Below, one piece after another: positions 13,403 to 26,382 of a stretch of 64,000 nucleotides of DNA (its first letter is position 1; every line of letters begins with the position of its first letter). Source of the DNA: Selaginella moellendorffii (taxonomy: Eukaryota > Plantae > Lycopodiophyta); the NCBI RefSeq assembly GCF_000143415.4, contig NW_003314280.1:1612894-1676893 (forward strand), in the 5' to 3' direction. The position numbers were made by a program, and so were the translations under genes. The notes under the pieces were generated by a model, which worked only from the letters and a program-made list of their open reading frames with translations, made no database searches and was not told the origin of the DNA.

Positions 13403-14545
13403 TGTAGCGCACGTGGTTTTGACCCTTTATCCTATGGTGATTTACCATAGGATAACACCACGAAGCGGAACCTAAACCCTCTTTGTGCCACGTGACAGAT
13501 GCCACGTGTCACATACCACGTGTCCGTGCCACGTGTCCATAGGAACCCGAGGTTCAGGGCCTTGGGCCACTGAACGAAGGAACGGTGCCAAACTCCCAAG
13601 CGTGACGCCAAGGAGTGATGAAACCGGACCACGGAGCAACTCCCGAGCATATAGCCCAAGGAGCGAAGGGACAGGAGCCCGGAGCGACTTGGAACAGTCC
13701 TGGAGCAACCAGCATACCAATGCCAGGACCAGCACGCAAAACGGAGCCAAACGGAGTCTGGCGCTATTTCGGCATACCGGTGGCCTAACGTGAGGATATG
13801 GGTACTCCACCAACTAGCATGGAATGGAACTTGGGCTTAGACCCAAGCCGGACGCAGAACAAGGACAGGCACGCAAGCGGGAGCTAGACTATGCCTCAGG
13901 TTGGTCGGCCATGCCCGACCTACCCACTATCCCTACTATACATTTGGAACCCCTTATAGCCCCCCCCCCTTGAGGAACACACGCTTTGGGCTTTCACCCC
14001 AAGCCTCCCTTAGTATCAGGAGTTAGTCTCTGGGACAAACTCGAAACTTACTAAATATGGAATGTCCCTAGATTGTGAATTTGGACACGGGACGAACACC
14101 ATTGTGTTCGGGCCGATCTCTACATTCTGTAGATGTGCCAAATGAGCAAATCTGGACACTTTCCATAAATAGCATTTGGGACCGAAATGAGACTAACACA
14201 AAGGGCATGATAGCGAGGGTGTTTGGCAAACACGGTAAGCTATCATCTAGCGATGTTGAGGGACCAAGCTCAATATCGCGGGGGTTCCCAACACTAGCAA
14301 GTGCAAGTCAACGAATGAGTTTCTCTAACCAGGTCAAGTATGCTTGACTAATAGCACTTAGGAATTCCGTCCTTATGCCCATCTGGTCAAGTGCACACGC
14401 GAGGACCAGTTTCTCAACTAGCTTAGGCGGAGACTAATAACGGGTCCAGCAATACCGACCTCCTGCCATCGTGGCAGTAAGGTAAGAGTGTCCGTAAGGA
14501 CTAGCCGACAGGTAACTTTCGATACCTGAAGTCACATGCGCGACA
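13403..14545 (-). repeat. B2 3' LTR
   Basis: Near-identical to 19534-20676; the ORF-track translations are identical. Confidence 0.93.
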
Positions 14546-17500
14546 CTCTCCCCCCCTTGGGAAGATCGACGTCCTCGTCGATGCATACTCGAGTCTAGAA
14601 TACCGCCAAGGAAACAACTCCATAAAAAGTTCACGGTACTCACACTATGTGAGAAATGCACCAACTTAAATGAGTTAGGGGGTAACCTCTTTGTCTAACG
14701 CGGATGCGCTACCAGCTCAGACACCTTCCGGCCGTCGCCGACAAGGAAATGACCAACGGAGTCAGCCACCCTTGCTGCTCTAGGAGTCACCCAGCTTACA
14801 AAAGTGTGATATGCCCTGCCCGCAGGAACATAGAGAGAGAAGCTAGAGGCCCCAACCCTCCTAAGCAAAGAAACCAAACCCGTCGGTAAGGTTTAGATAG
14901 ACTACTGTCAACAGGCAGTTAGAGTTGTTTACACGGTCACGCCCTTTCAACGGAATAAGGAACATCGACAAAGAGGCGGGTATGTGACCAGTCGACAGTA
15001 GCTACCCCATGACTAGAGATTTCACCATGCACACGAAGTGCCGAAGCCAGTCTGCCCATTACTGGCCCAAACTCAAAGATCAATAGATGGACAATATCAA
15101 AGTCATAGACAATGATAGTTTAGAGATTTAATTATCAGGGAATAAAGCTTAGATTAGAACACAAAAGTATTCCAAGTAAGTTATCATCCGATAAACTAGT
15201 ATTACAGTATAGGAACCACCAAGATCACTATCATTGGAAAACATAGGATGCACCATCCAACAAAATTCAATAGCAAGTATATCATCAAGTAAACGCAATG
15301 ATAAAACTTAACTACCGAGGATAGCAGACAGTAAGCCAACAACTTACTAGAGAGAACTCAAAGAACACAAAGTATCATTGACGAACAAGCACAATGCTCG
15401 CGAATGTATCACCCAAAGGAAATAACATCCAAATCTATCAAAACTAACTCGAGCAACAATCAACAGAAGAGAATGAATGTGGGAAGACCAACAAACACTC
15501 ATGCCTGCCAACTATCACAAAAGCCAATCTGAATAGATCCCAGCCAACAATACCAAGGAACTTAAGTTGCCTAAGCAAGAGTTAGCAACATCCTACTGAT
15601 GTCTTAAACCCAAGAGACCAATCCAGAGCAAACCACAAAGAACATGTGGTATTGCGAAAAGCCAAAAGCCATCAAAGAGAACAACTAACTATCATGAAAG
15701 ATCGTCAATCAGCCCATCAATATAGTGATGTATAATCATCGTTGAAGAAAGAATCTACCATCCCGAAGAATAGCAAATAATTCCAAACCAACAATAATCA
15801 AGCAAAACTTGTGATAAGGACAATCAACTACCCTAGATGATAGTCAATCATCACCAATGATTGCCAGATGCAAAAACCAACTTCAACATCGAAGCTAATG
15901 AGCCAAAATGCCTTCCCCAACAACTTCTAACAAATGGAACAATGAGCACAAAACTCAAGAACCAAAAGCTCGAAGAAGCCTATAACTAAGTCTTGCCTAA
16001 TAATGATCACGAGTCTCATAGAAGCTAACTTCAATGCTAAAGAAGAAATCATGGTGCAACCCACAATATCTTCCTCAACACATCCATAAGCCAAACTTCA
16101 TAATGCCAAAGCTAATGAAGAGCATTTCTGCATCAATCCAAAAGCTAAGCATAACGAAGCTATGCTTAACAAGTGATCATCAAACGATCCTCCATGAATC
16201 CATCTATAGCAAGACGTAACTCACTTCATAACAAGCTCAAAAAGAATCATTAATGATTGCTATATTCCAAACTCAAATCCAGCAAGGACTCAACATTCTA
16301 ATATCGATCACTAACTCTTCTTCTCGTAGAGTTAGCATAGTCCACAACTAAATCACTTTTCAAGGAAAAGCTAAAGCTCAACCCTCTACTAAATAATCTC
16401 GTCTAGAACACAACTAACTCAACTTGCCACTCAGTTCGTTTGAACGTCAACACAGTTGCTAACTAGCAAATGCACGAATGCCAACAACACAAAGCTATAG
16501 CCAAATCATCAACACTATATTCATCAAGACTAATGAAACTCAATATCAATCCTTGGAAGGATATCTCATTTCACTCAGATCTCAATGTCAACAACATCAA
16601 TGACAAGGCATCACTTCAATGCCATCAACACCAAAACAAAGCTAGAAGAAAGCAAGGGTGAATCACCACTTGGAGCTTTCCAGCAACCAAGCTAACCAAA
16701 GTCGAAGATACTATACTTAGTATCGGAGACCAATCCTCTAACAATACTCAGTTACAGAGAACACATCATCAAGGAGTGATTCACCACGTCCAAGACTCAA
16801 TGAAATCCAAAACTACGGACTAAATGTAACCAAATGATATCAACAGAGGTAAAGTCGACATGCCAACATGGAAAAACCATGCCAGCCTAATGACACGATC
16901 CTCCACAACACCATCCGGTAAAGCAAGCCCATCACTGCTAAATCATCATCGAGCAAAGCAAGTGTCAACGGTCCTTGACAAAGTCTACAAGTAATCACTA
17001 GTCACAAAGCAACTAACAATCACTCCTCAACTTGCCTTCACAAGACCCAAACACCAACTCTTGTCATCAAGTTACATACTCATCCAATATGAACGTAATA
17101 CCCCAAGTATGAGATAAAAGTTCATAGATAAGCATAAACTAAATGACCACTCAAATCCAACTCAACTGTGATAAGCTCACTAGCACACCTAGTCAATAGC
17201 TCTGAGCATGCCTTGAAGAGGTTAGCTATGCATGATCAATACCCAGTCGAAACTAAAGTGAAGACCATGAGATGGACTCATATCGGTACACAACCTCCTC
17301 ATAGACAAAGCTATAGTACGGGTACCAACATCTCAACCTCAAACAACTAAGTTGGACATCACCATCCTCAGCCAAGGTGCAGGGCCACCAAGACCAAGTC
17401 AAGATCAGTGAGAGCTCACTACTCTCATAGAGTCTAACGAAATGCAAGGTGCAAACTATCACCAAGCACAACGCTGCAAAAGAAAGGCACAAGGGTCACC

Positions 17501-19533
17501 TTTCTTAGAAAAGCGCAACAGCCACTTTTCTACACCAACTCCAGACTCTATCCAACTCAATTGCTTTAGCCCCAAAAGTTAGCATCCCTTTCGGGCTGTA
17601 TCATACAAACTACCTACTAAGATCTAAGCCAACCGAAGTCAACTCCAACCCCTTCACTAGTTTGTACTGGCTTACGAAAACGGAATGGTTTTCGAACAAA
17701 GTGATAACAGATCAGCCATTGGAAAAGTCTAAGAAAATTTGTGAAAAATTTTCCATCCTAGAGAAAGAATGACTCTCAGTCCAGGAATGCAAACTTTCAG
17801 GACTCAACCAACTTCCTCCTACCAACAACTTCACATAGATTCACCTCAACACAAATTCTCATGACCCAATAGCATGCTTAAGCATCGAACATCTTTGCCC
17901 ATTTTCCTGACATCCAACACCGACATCCGCAAAGTGCAAAATGAGCATCCAAGGCTTGATCACAAAGACCACATCATCGGATATCCACATTGCACTAACA
18001 CTCTTCTTCAACCACCTTCAAGATCCAATGTGAAGCCAAAACACTAACAAGAAAAATGACATGGAAAATCAAGCTCTAAGGAAAATTCCTCATCACTCGA
18101 ATCAACAATGCCACTTCCACTAACACAAGTGCTAGCGATATCAATGCATCAACCTCACACCTTCTCCATCCAATAATCTACTCCAAGTGCTAACGGATCA
18201 ACAGATGAGCTATAGCAAATGAATGCTACAACCCATTCCCAACACCTTATGGGCAAACCCTCAAGGAAACAAGGTACCAACATAAGCTTAGCATAATGGA
18301 CCACCATTGAGAATCCAGTCAAAGCTACTACAATGCTACTTCGTGCAAGTAGACTAGCTTCTCCACCAACCACTTTGGGGTTGATCATCATTTACCCAAG
18401 CAACTTCGTAAACACATTGCTCATTATCACACGGATATGATATAAATCACAATGACTTGATCATCAATTGAGTAACGCAATGAGCAATGCCTATGTCATT
18501 ACTTCAAACGTTTATGTGAGTATCAAATGCCAACTAGATTCGACAAAATGCAACATAAATGCCACACTCCACGAATAGAGGTTTACGACACCCAACACCA
18601 CTAACTTTTGTTCACAACACGGACAAGCTCATGCCACTCTCTTTCCGACCAAACTCAACACTAATCCAACACCAAGCTACTCAAGGAGCAATAGCAAGGT
18701 TCTCCGGAAAAGAATTGAGCATTGCAACCCAAGTCTTTCAATAGCGAGCCTAGACAAAATGGTTTAGTGTTTCACCACTATCCATCCCACAACTCACCAT
18801 TGTAAAACCACCATCTCCAACATGCATCAAGATAGGGACTCTTGATTGCATGATGTGAACACAAGCAATGAGTTAACACCTCGTTGCAAATCATCTCTCC
18901 AAGAAGAGAAGATGATTTACGTATTTGATCCTCCGTCCTCGATGACTCTCTTTTCGGTCTCATCTTTGACCAAACCTCAAACTTGCTTTCGCACTGCCTT
19001 CAGTTCAATCGAAGAAAAGTTTATAAGAGAGCACGGCCATGACTATTTGAACCAATAGACTAATCCCTTATAGTCTTGATTGATCCACTTATAATCATGC
19101 CTAGGAAGGATCCACTAGTGCCGTGCTAAACAGCTACGGACCAGCCTATTTGCCACTCATAGCAAACTCAGGGAAAGTTTATTTTCACCCACGGTACTTG
19201 GAACAACTCATGGAACCACTGGAACCATCGATAGGCTTACATTAATCCTGCCAACTCAAAGTATAACTTTGAGTTGCTAATGTGCCTCACTCACGAGCCC
19301 AAGCACAAACTCGTGCTACTGGAACAACTCAGTCCACCCTATGAGCCCAAGAGCAAGCTCACATAATATGGAACAAGAAGGTAACCGAATCCATACCCAA
19401 GGAACGATTGCGAAGTCTTTGCACCCAAACGTGTACCCACTCGGATCATCGTTTTCATCTCTGCGTATGCAACGAGACTAGTTGCCCAATCTCATTGAAT
19501 AGTACTCGCTGAGACTCATCCTCTGATACCAAA

Positions 19534-20676
19534 TGTAGCGCACGTGGTTTTGACCCTTTATCCTATGGTGATTTACCATAGGATAACACCACGAAGCGGA
19601 ACCTAAACCCTCTTTGTGCCACGTGACAGATGCCACGTGTCACATACCACGTGTCCGTGCCACGTGTCCATAGGAACCCGAGGTTCAGGGCCTTGGGCCA
19701 CTGAACGAAGGAACGGTGCCAAACTCCCAAGCGTGACGCCAAGGAGTGATGAAACCGGACCACGGAGCAACTCCCGAGCATATAGCCCAAGGAGCGAAGG
19801 GACAGGAGCCCGGAGCGACTTGGAACAGTCCTGGAGCAACCAGCATACCAATGCCAGGACCAGCACGCAAAACGGAGCCAAACGGAGTCTGGCGCTATTT
19901 CGGCATACCGGTGGCCTAACGTGAGGATATGGGTACTCCACCAACTAGCATGGAATGGAACTTGGGCTTAGACCCAAGCCGGACGCAGAACAAGGACAGG
20001 CACGCAAGCGGGAGCTAGACTATGCCTCAGGTTGGTCGGCCATGCCCGACCTACCCACTATCCCTACTATACATTTGGAACCCCCCACAGCCCCCCCCCC
20101 TTGAGGAACACACGCTTTGGGCTTTCACCCCAAGCCTCCCTTAGTATCAGGAGTTAGTCTCTAGGACAAACTCGAAACTTACTAAATATGGAATGTCCCT
20201 AGATTGTGAATTTGGACACGGGACGAACACCATTGTGTTCGGGCCGATCTCTACATTCTGTAGATGTGCCAAATGAGCGAATCTAAACACTTTCCATAAA
20301 TAGCATTTGGGACCGAAATGAGACTAACACAAAGGGCATGATAGCGAGGGTGTTTGGCAAACACGGTAAGCTATCATCTAGCGATGTTGAGGGACCAAGC
20401 TCAATATCGCGGGGGTTCCCAACACTAGCAAGTGCAAGTCAACGAATGAGTTTCTCTAACCAGGTCAAGTATGCTTGACTAATAGCACTTAGGAATTCCG
20501 TCCTTATGCCCATCTGGTCAAGTGCACACGCGAGGACCAGTTTCTCAACTAGCTTAGGCGGAGACTAATAACGGGTCCAGCAATACCGACCTCCTGCCAT
20601 CGTGGCAGTAAGGTAAGAGTGTCCGTAAGGACTAGCCGACAGGTAACTTTCGATACCCGAAGTCACATGCGCGACA
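19534..20676 (-). repeat. B2 5' LTR
   Basis: Adjacent to the Met PBS; TSD GGCAC at 20677-20681. Confidence 0.93.
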
Positions 20677-22746
20677 GGCACTCAACAAGATCACAGTTAA
20701 AAACAGTTTTCCTTTATTTCACATTGATGACTTGTTTGACCAACTCTTAAAGGCTATGTATTTTACGTGACTTGATTTGCAGTTTGGGTATCATCAGATA
20801 TGGGTGGCAGATCAGGATGTGGAGAAGACAGCCTTTAAGACTCGGTACGGATCTTATGAGTTCCTTGTCATGCCGTTCGGGTTATGCAATGCTCCGGCAA
20901 CATTCAACACTATGATGGATAGAATATTTAGAGATTATTTGGACGCATTTGTTGTCCTATATATCGACGATGTTCTAGTCTTTAGTGAAACGTTGGAGGA
21001 TCATTTGAAACACTTGGAGCTGGTGTTTCAGAAGTTGCACAAACACAAACTGTATGCTAAGGAAGGTAAATGTGCTTTTGGTCAATTGCGCGTAAACTTT
21101 CTCAGACATATAGTTGGTGGTGGTGTGATTGAGGTCGATCCAAAGAAGGTGGAAGCGGTGAAGTCCTGGGAAGTCCCGACCACTATATCAGATGTTTGTT
21201 CCTTTTTCAGTTTGGCGGGATACTATCACAAGTTTGTCCGCAATTTTGCAAGAATTGCTCTTCCGTTGACTGAGTTGACGAAGAGTAGTATTCCATTTCA
21301 TAGGACACCAGCTTGTCAACGTGCTTTTGTACGGTTGAAGGAGATCTTGACTACGGTACCTATTCTCAGGATCCCAGATCTTGATAAACCCTTCGAAGTG
21401 CATTGTGATGCATTTGGCTATGCTATTGGTGCCGTGTTGCAGCAAGATTGTGACAAAGCGGTTGGTGTTACACTAAGGCAACATAGTTGTCCCGTTGCGT
21501 TCTATTCCAAGAAATTGGATGAAACTCAACAAAGATGGCCAACGCATGAGAAATAGATGTTTGCTATAGTGTCGGCCCTGGAACACTGGAGACACTACTT
21601 GGGTGGACATACCAAGGTTTATACAAATAGTAACACACTAAGCTACTTTGCTACGCAACTTAAGCTTACACCGAAGCAAGCTCGTTGGCAAGAGAAGCTT
21701 GCTAGATATGATATTGAAATCATATATAAACCTGGTAAAGACAATATTGTTTCGGATGCGTTGAGTCGTCAGGCTCAATTCCGGGCAATATCGGCAATCA
21801 GTTCGGACTGGTTGGAGGACATTCGGGCTTCCTATGGAGGTGATCCATTGGCGAAGGCAATCTTATGCCATACAGGGTTGTTGAAGTAGAGTCCTGGTAG
21901 CAAAACAGCGAAAGTTGCTAGTCGCACTAATGTGAAGCTTCACTTCTCAGTTCGGGATGGGCTTATATTCTATAAGCAAGAAAGATTGTATCTTCCCTCT
22001 AAGGATCTGCAATAGTTATTTCTGCAAGAACATCATGATGTTTCAGCAGCGGGATATGGTGGATAGCAAAAGACTCTGACTTCATTGAAAAAGGGATTTT
22101 TCTGGTCTGGTATGGAAGGTGATGTAGTGGACTATGTCCGTTCCTGCCCTGTATGCCAACAATGTAAGCGTAGAACTGAGAAGCAAGCTGGAAAGTTATA
22201 GTGCATTCCAGCACTGGCATGGCCATTTTAGAGTGTGACACTTGATTTCGCCGTTGGCTTGCCAAAATCTAAGGGTTTTGATACTTTGATGATGGTTGTG
22301 GATCGATTGTCAAAGATTGCACACTTCATTCCAACTATGGGAACAGTAAATGTGAAACAAACAGCAAAGCTCTTTTTCCATGAAGTAGTGCGGGTTCGTG
22401 GTCTTCCTAAAGAGATTATCTCGGATAGAGATTCAAGGTTTACGGGGAAGTTTTGGGGCACACTGTTCCAGCTGTTTAGTACCAAGTTGAAGTTTAGTAC
22501 GGCTTATCATCCTCAAACTGATGGGTAGACCGAACGTGTGAATGCTTAAGTTGAGGATTATCTGCAGTACTATGTTGCAACGGACCAACGTGACTGGGTT
22601 GAGCATTTGGATACAACAAAAATATGTTATAACAACACATTTCACAGCGCTATAGGCTATTCTCCATGGGAGATGCTGCAAGGAAATGCTCATGGGGTTC
22701 CTCAACAGATCGTTGTACCGAAACCAATGACCGAAGTGTTGGTCCC
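20677..22746 (+). pseudogene. C pol: RT (YIDD), RNase H, integrase core
   Basis: [66 protein letters not shown]; several premature stops. Confidence 0.92.
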
Positions 22747-22806
22747 TGTCAAGAATCCCCCAATTCTTGCCACATTCCTGACTCTCGCCGGATTCCTGAC
22801 CTGCAG
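22747..22806 (+). repeat. 60-bp stub of a family D LTR at the rearrangement breakpoint
   Basis: TGTCAAGAATCCCCCAATTC...CCTGCAG, preceded by target GTCCC. Confidence 0.85.
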
Positions 22807-24645
22807 GAAAGTGGTTGTGGTGGAGAACTGGCCTACACCAAGTACAGTGGCCGAGTTATGCAGTTTCCTTGAAATGGCTAGTTACTATTGATGTTTCCAG
22901 CATAAGTTTGCAGAGGTGGCTATTCCTTTGACAAAGTTGTTGTGCAAGAACATGCCATTTGAGTGGAAGAAGCCACAAGAGGAGAGTTTTGTGGCACTAA
23001 AACAATTGTTGAACGAAGCTCTAATGTTTCGCATTGTTGATCCATCAAAACCTTACGAGGTGACATGTGATGCAAGTGGTTATGCATTGGGAGGAGTTCT
23101 CATACAAGATGGACAGCCTATTGCATATGAGAGTCAAACTTTAAATCCCACGAAGCAATGCTATTCCACATATGAGCAAGAATTACTCTCTATTATTCAT
23201 ACTTTGTGGACATGGCAACACTATTTTTATGGTGTAGTGTTTGTGGTGTTGACAGATCACAAACCACTTGTGTATCTTTTCACATAGAAGGCGTTGAACA
23301 TTAGGCAAGCTTGTTGGATGGTCAAATTCATGGAGTTTAGGGAATTTCTTATTGAGCATCGTCCAGGAAAATCAAATGTGGTGGCGAATGTCAGGAATCC
23401 CCCAATTCTTGCCACATTCCTGACTCTCACCGGATTCCTGACCTGCAGACCACATTCCTGACTCTCGAGATACTTCCCTATTCCTGACTCTCGAGACACT
23501 TCCCTATTCCTGACTCTCGACTTCCCATACGATTCCTAAGTCTCGAGCCACATTCCTGATGATGATGTGGCGCCTCCTCAACCTCAACTATATTTGGGCC
23601 GTCCTCGATCCAAGAGTGGTGGAGCTTCATCAACCTATAGTATATATAGGTTAGCCTTGTTCCATTTCTCCACAATCTGAATCAACACCAGTCTAAGGCC
23701 TCTTCTTTGTTATTCATTAGCTTTTCTCTTGTCTTTTGCATTTTCCAGTCTTGATCTTGTTAGGGGTCTTGACAGCAAATGCTTTATCTTATGTTCATCA
23801 TGTGACGGTGTTATAAACATGGTTTTGTTATCATTTGAGTAAGGTGGTCAACAAGTTTGGGAAATTGGCTGCACAGCTCAAGCTCAGGATGCTGAGGTAG
23901 GCTCTTTGTGTGACCAGATGGAAGCCCCTTTCTCATTGGTGGATGGGATTCTCTATTATAATAGCCATGTATTTTTGCCATGGGTGGATGCGTTAATTAC
24001 TTAGGTTTTATTCCACTATCATGATTGTTCGGAGGCTAGTCATTTTGGGGGGAAGAAGATGTATGAGTTGATTAAGCGCAATTTTTATTCAAGGAATATA
24101 AAGGTTGATATCCTCAAGTATTGTAAATCATGCAAGCTCTGTCAGCGGGTTAAGATGCCACATAAGAAGTCAGGGGGACTTTTGCAACCTTTACCTATTC
24201 CTTAGAGCTGTTGGTGTAGTATCTCTATAGACTTCATCATTAGTTTGCCATGCACATAAAGGCAAAAGGAGCAAATATGGGTTATAATGGATCGGTTGAA
24301 GAAGTATGTGTGGTTGTTGGCTCTTCGAAAGATTATCACTACCCTAGACTTGGTTGCGGTCTACTTGGAGAAAGTTTTTTCTGATTTTGGTTTGCCAGAG
24401 GACATCATTAGTGATTGAGATTCAAAGTTCACAAATGAATTTTGGAAGAGCTTTGTGAAGGCTATGCAAGTGACTTTGAAACTCTCGAGTGGCAATCATC
24501 CTCAGATGAATAGGCAAACCGAGCATGTGAATCAGGTGGTGGAGGATATACCATATTGTAGCATTGGTCAAAGGCAAGGACAGTGAAATCTATTTCTTTC
24601 GTTGGTGTAATTTGCTTACAACAATAGTCAACACAATGGAACCAA
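22807..24645 (+). pseudogene. Family E pol: duplicated RT-end/RNase H segment and integrase, split by a solo D LTR
   Basis: 22805-23388 is an inverted copy of 49497-50080 (CDASGYALGGVL, TDHKPL). Decayed integrase motifs lie at 23775-24645. Confidence 0.85.
23389..23774 (+). repeat. Solo LTR of family D (386 bp)
   Basis: TGTCAGGAAT...TCTTGACA, TSD GCGAA/GCAAA, TATATATA at ~23641, 25-bp internal tandem repeats. Confidence 0.9.
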
Positions 24646-24649
24646 ATTA

Positions 24650-26380
24650 AGTGTTTTGATATTTTTATTAGGAATATGTTTAATTTCTCAATTGCATAAT
24701 GATGTCTTATATTCCACCTTAAGTAGGAGAATTATGGTAAGTGTGGAGAAAATATGTAATGAAAATTGAAAGTACCACCAACTATAAATGATCATTTGAA
24801 TCAATCCTCATAAAATAAAGAGATAGTTGTCAAGATGATGCTGAAAATGTAAATACTAAAATGACAAGTTATCAAAAAGTAATATAGAATTCTCAAAGCT
24901 ATCATAAAGCCTTTGAATCCATAACTCATCATTTAGCCTCCTAAACATCATTTAGAGGAAGTAAATCCACTTTTATATTTTATGGATATTAAAAATCAAG
25001 CATAAAAATCACCAATAGCACATAATCTTCATCTAAAAAATTCACTAACATTGGAACAATAGACTCCTTGGGAATATGAAGAGAGAGAAAAGAAGGGAAA
25101 TAAGTTCAAGATAAAGCATTAGTATCAATCATTGAACTCCCATAGTGATAACCAACCTTGGAGTTGTAGATTTGAAGCTTTAATACCCACTAAGTAGTAT
25201 ACCTAACTAAATTTTTTTGCTTCAATAATAAAGTAATTGCAATATGATTAGTCTTTAATAATATTTGAGAACCATGCAAGTACACATGAAATTTCTCAAA
25301 ACCCCAAACCACTCTATCCTAAAGTAGTTTATCTCAACTAACTGCAAAGTATAGTTGATGTATGCAATGGGATAATGTTGGTTAGAGCCATTCATACTCT
25401 TTTATATTAGCATGCCCCTAAGATCAATATTACAAGCATCTATGCACAAGATGAAAGGTTTAATGTAGTTAACAGATGCCAAATCTAATGGAGTCAACAC
25501 TTCTTCAAAATTTATATCTGTAAATTAGATGTAAAATAATATAAATAACTTTAACAACACTTCTATATTGCAATGCTTTCATAAAGATGATTAATAAAAA
25601 TTTAAGATATTACATTTTACCAAAGAAGCATTACACATCATTCATACACTTTTGTATAGAGAATTTTAGAATAGCCATAGTTTTGTTAAGATCAATAAAT
25701 AAACTCTTATGAGAAATGTGGTATCTAAAATAAATAGTATTAAATCCAAATATATATTTAGACTATTTCAGCTTCAAACTAATGTCCTATAGCTGATTTA
25801 ACACTTTACAAACATTATGATTTACTCCTCTTATATCCCCTTTGAATATAGGGCTTTTGATTAAGTAATTGGATTTTTTTCAGTTGATTTAAGAGGAGAG
25901 CATTAAATATGGTCAGAGAAAATGATATGGATTTGATTCCCATTGATTAGTGGCTATTTAAAATATAATATGCGCTTGAGCACTACCTTTAAAATTAAAA
26001 TAATATATATTAGGCATCCATGAATACAAGGAACTTTGTTCATTATCCATTAGAAAGTTCAAGAGCATTATTTAAATTGAATAATATACAAGGAATTTTT
26101 ATAAACTAAATAATATACAAAAGGCAATCTTATGGAATACCCACATCATTTAATGGATGATAATCAATGCAGAATTAGATATTTTTATCACAAGATGAAG
26201 TATACACACCAAACACTTTGTGATTTTTGGATAACACTATAATTAATAAAAGAGAATGATTTATATTTTTTCAATTAGTTAAGGGTTTTAAAATATATAG
26301 CATTAAGTGTTGTTGGGTTTGAATAGTATTGAGTTTGATGATAAACATCATTCTTTAATATCTTCTTGACATTTACTCAT
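24650..26380 (-). mobile_element. Highly decayed gypsy pol relic with a fragment of TRIM G (~25840-26030)
   Basis: AT-rich. 24840-25450 aligns by eye with 34490-35100, and 25930-25985 matches TRIM internal sequence 31420-31475. Confidence 0.55.
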
Positions 26381-26382
26381 AT

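Larger units (their letters stand above)
13403..20676 (-). mobile_element. Family B non-coding LTR element, complete young copy B2
   Basis: Two 1143-bp LTRs (13403-14545, 19534-20676) differ at only a handful of sites. Perfect TSD GGCAC, PBS TGGTATCAGAG (19521-19531, minus), PPT next to 14546, and a ~5-kb interior without retroelement ORFs. Confidence 0.93.
12200..22746 (+). mobile_element. Family C chromovirus (Ty3/gypsy), 5' half, interrupted by B2
   Basis: LTR stub 12200-12321 is deleted into the gag C-terminus, followed by PR, RT, RNase H and integrase. The 3' half lies inverted at 41814-43909. Confidence 0.9.

Noticed and set aside
22805-23774. Assembly artefact as the explanation for the duplicate of 49121-50080
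   Set aside because: The copies differ by multiple substitutions, mostly transitions, and a 10-bp indel, indicating real divergence. Haplotype mixing cannot be fully excluded without reads.
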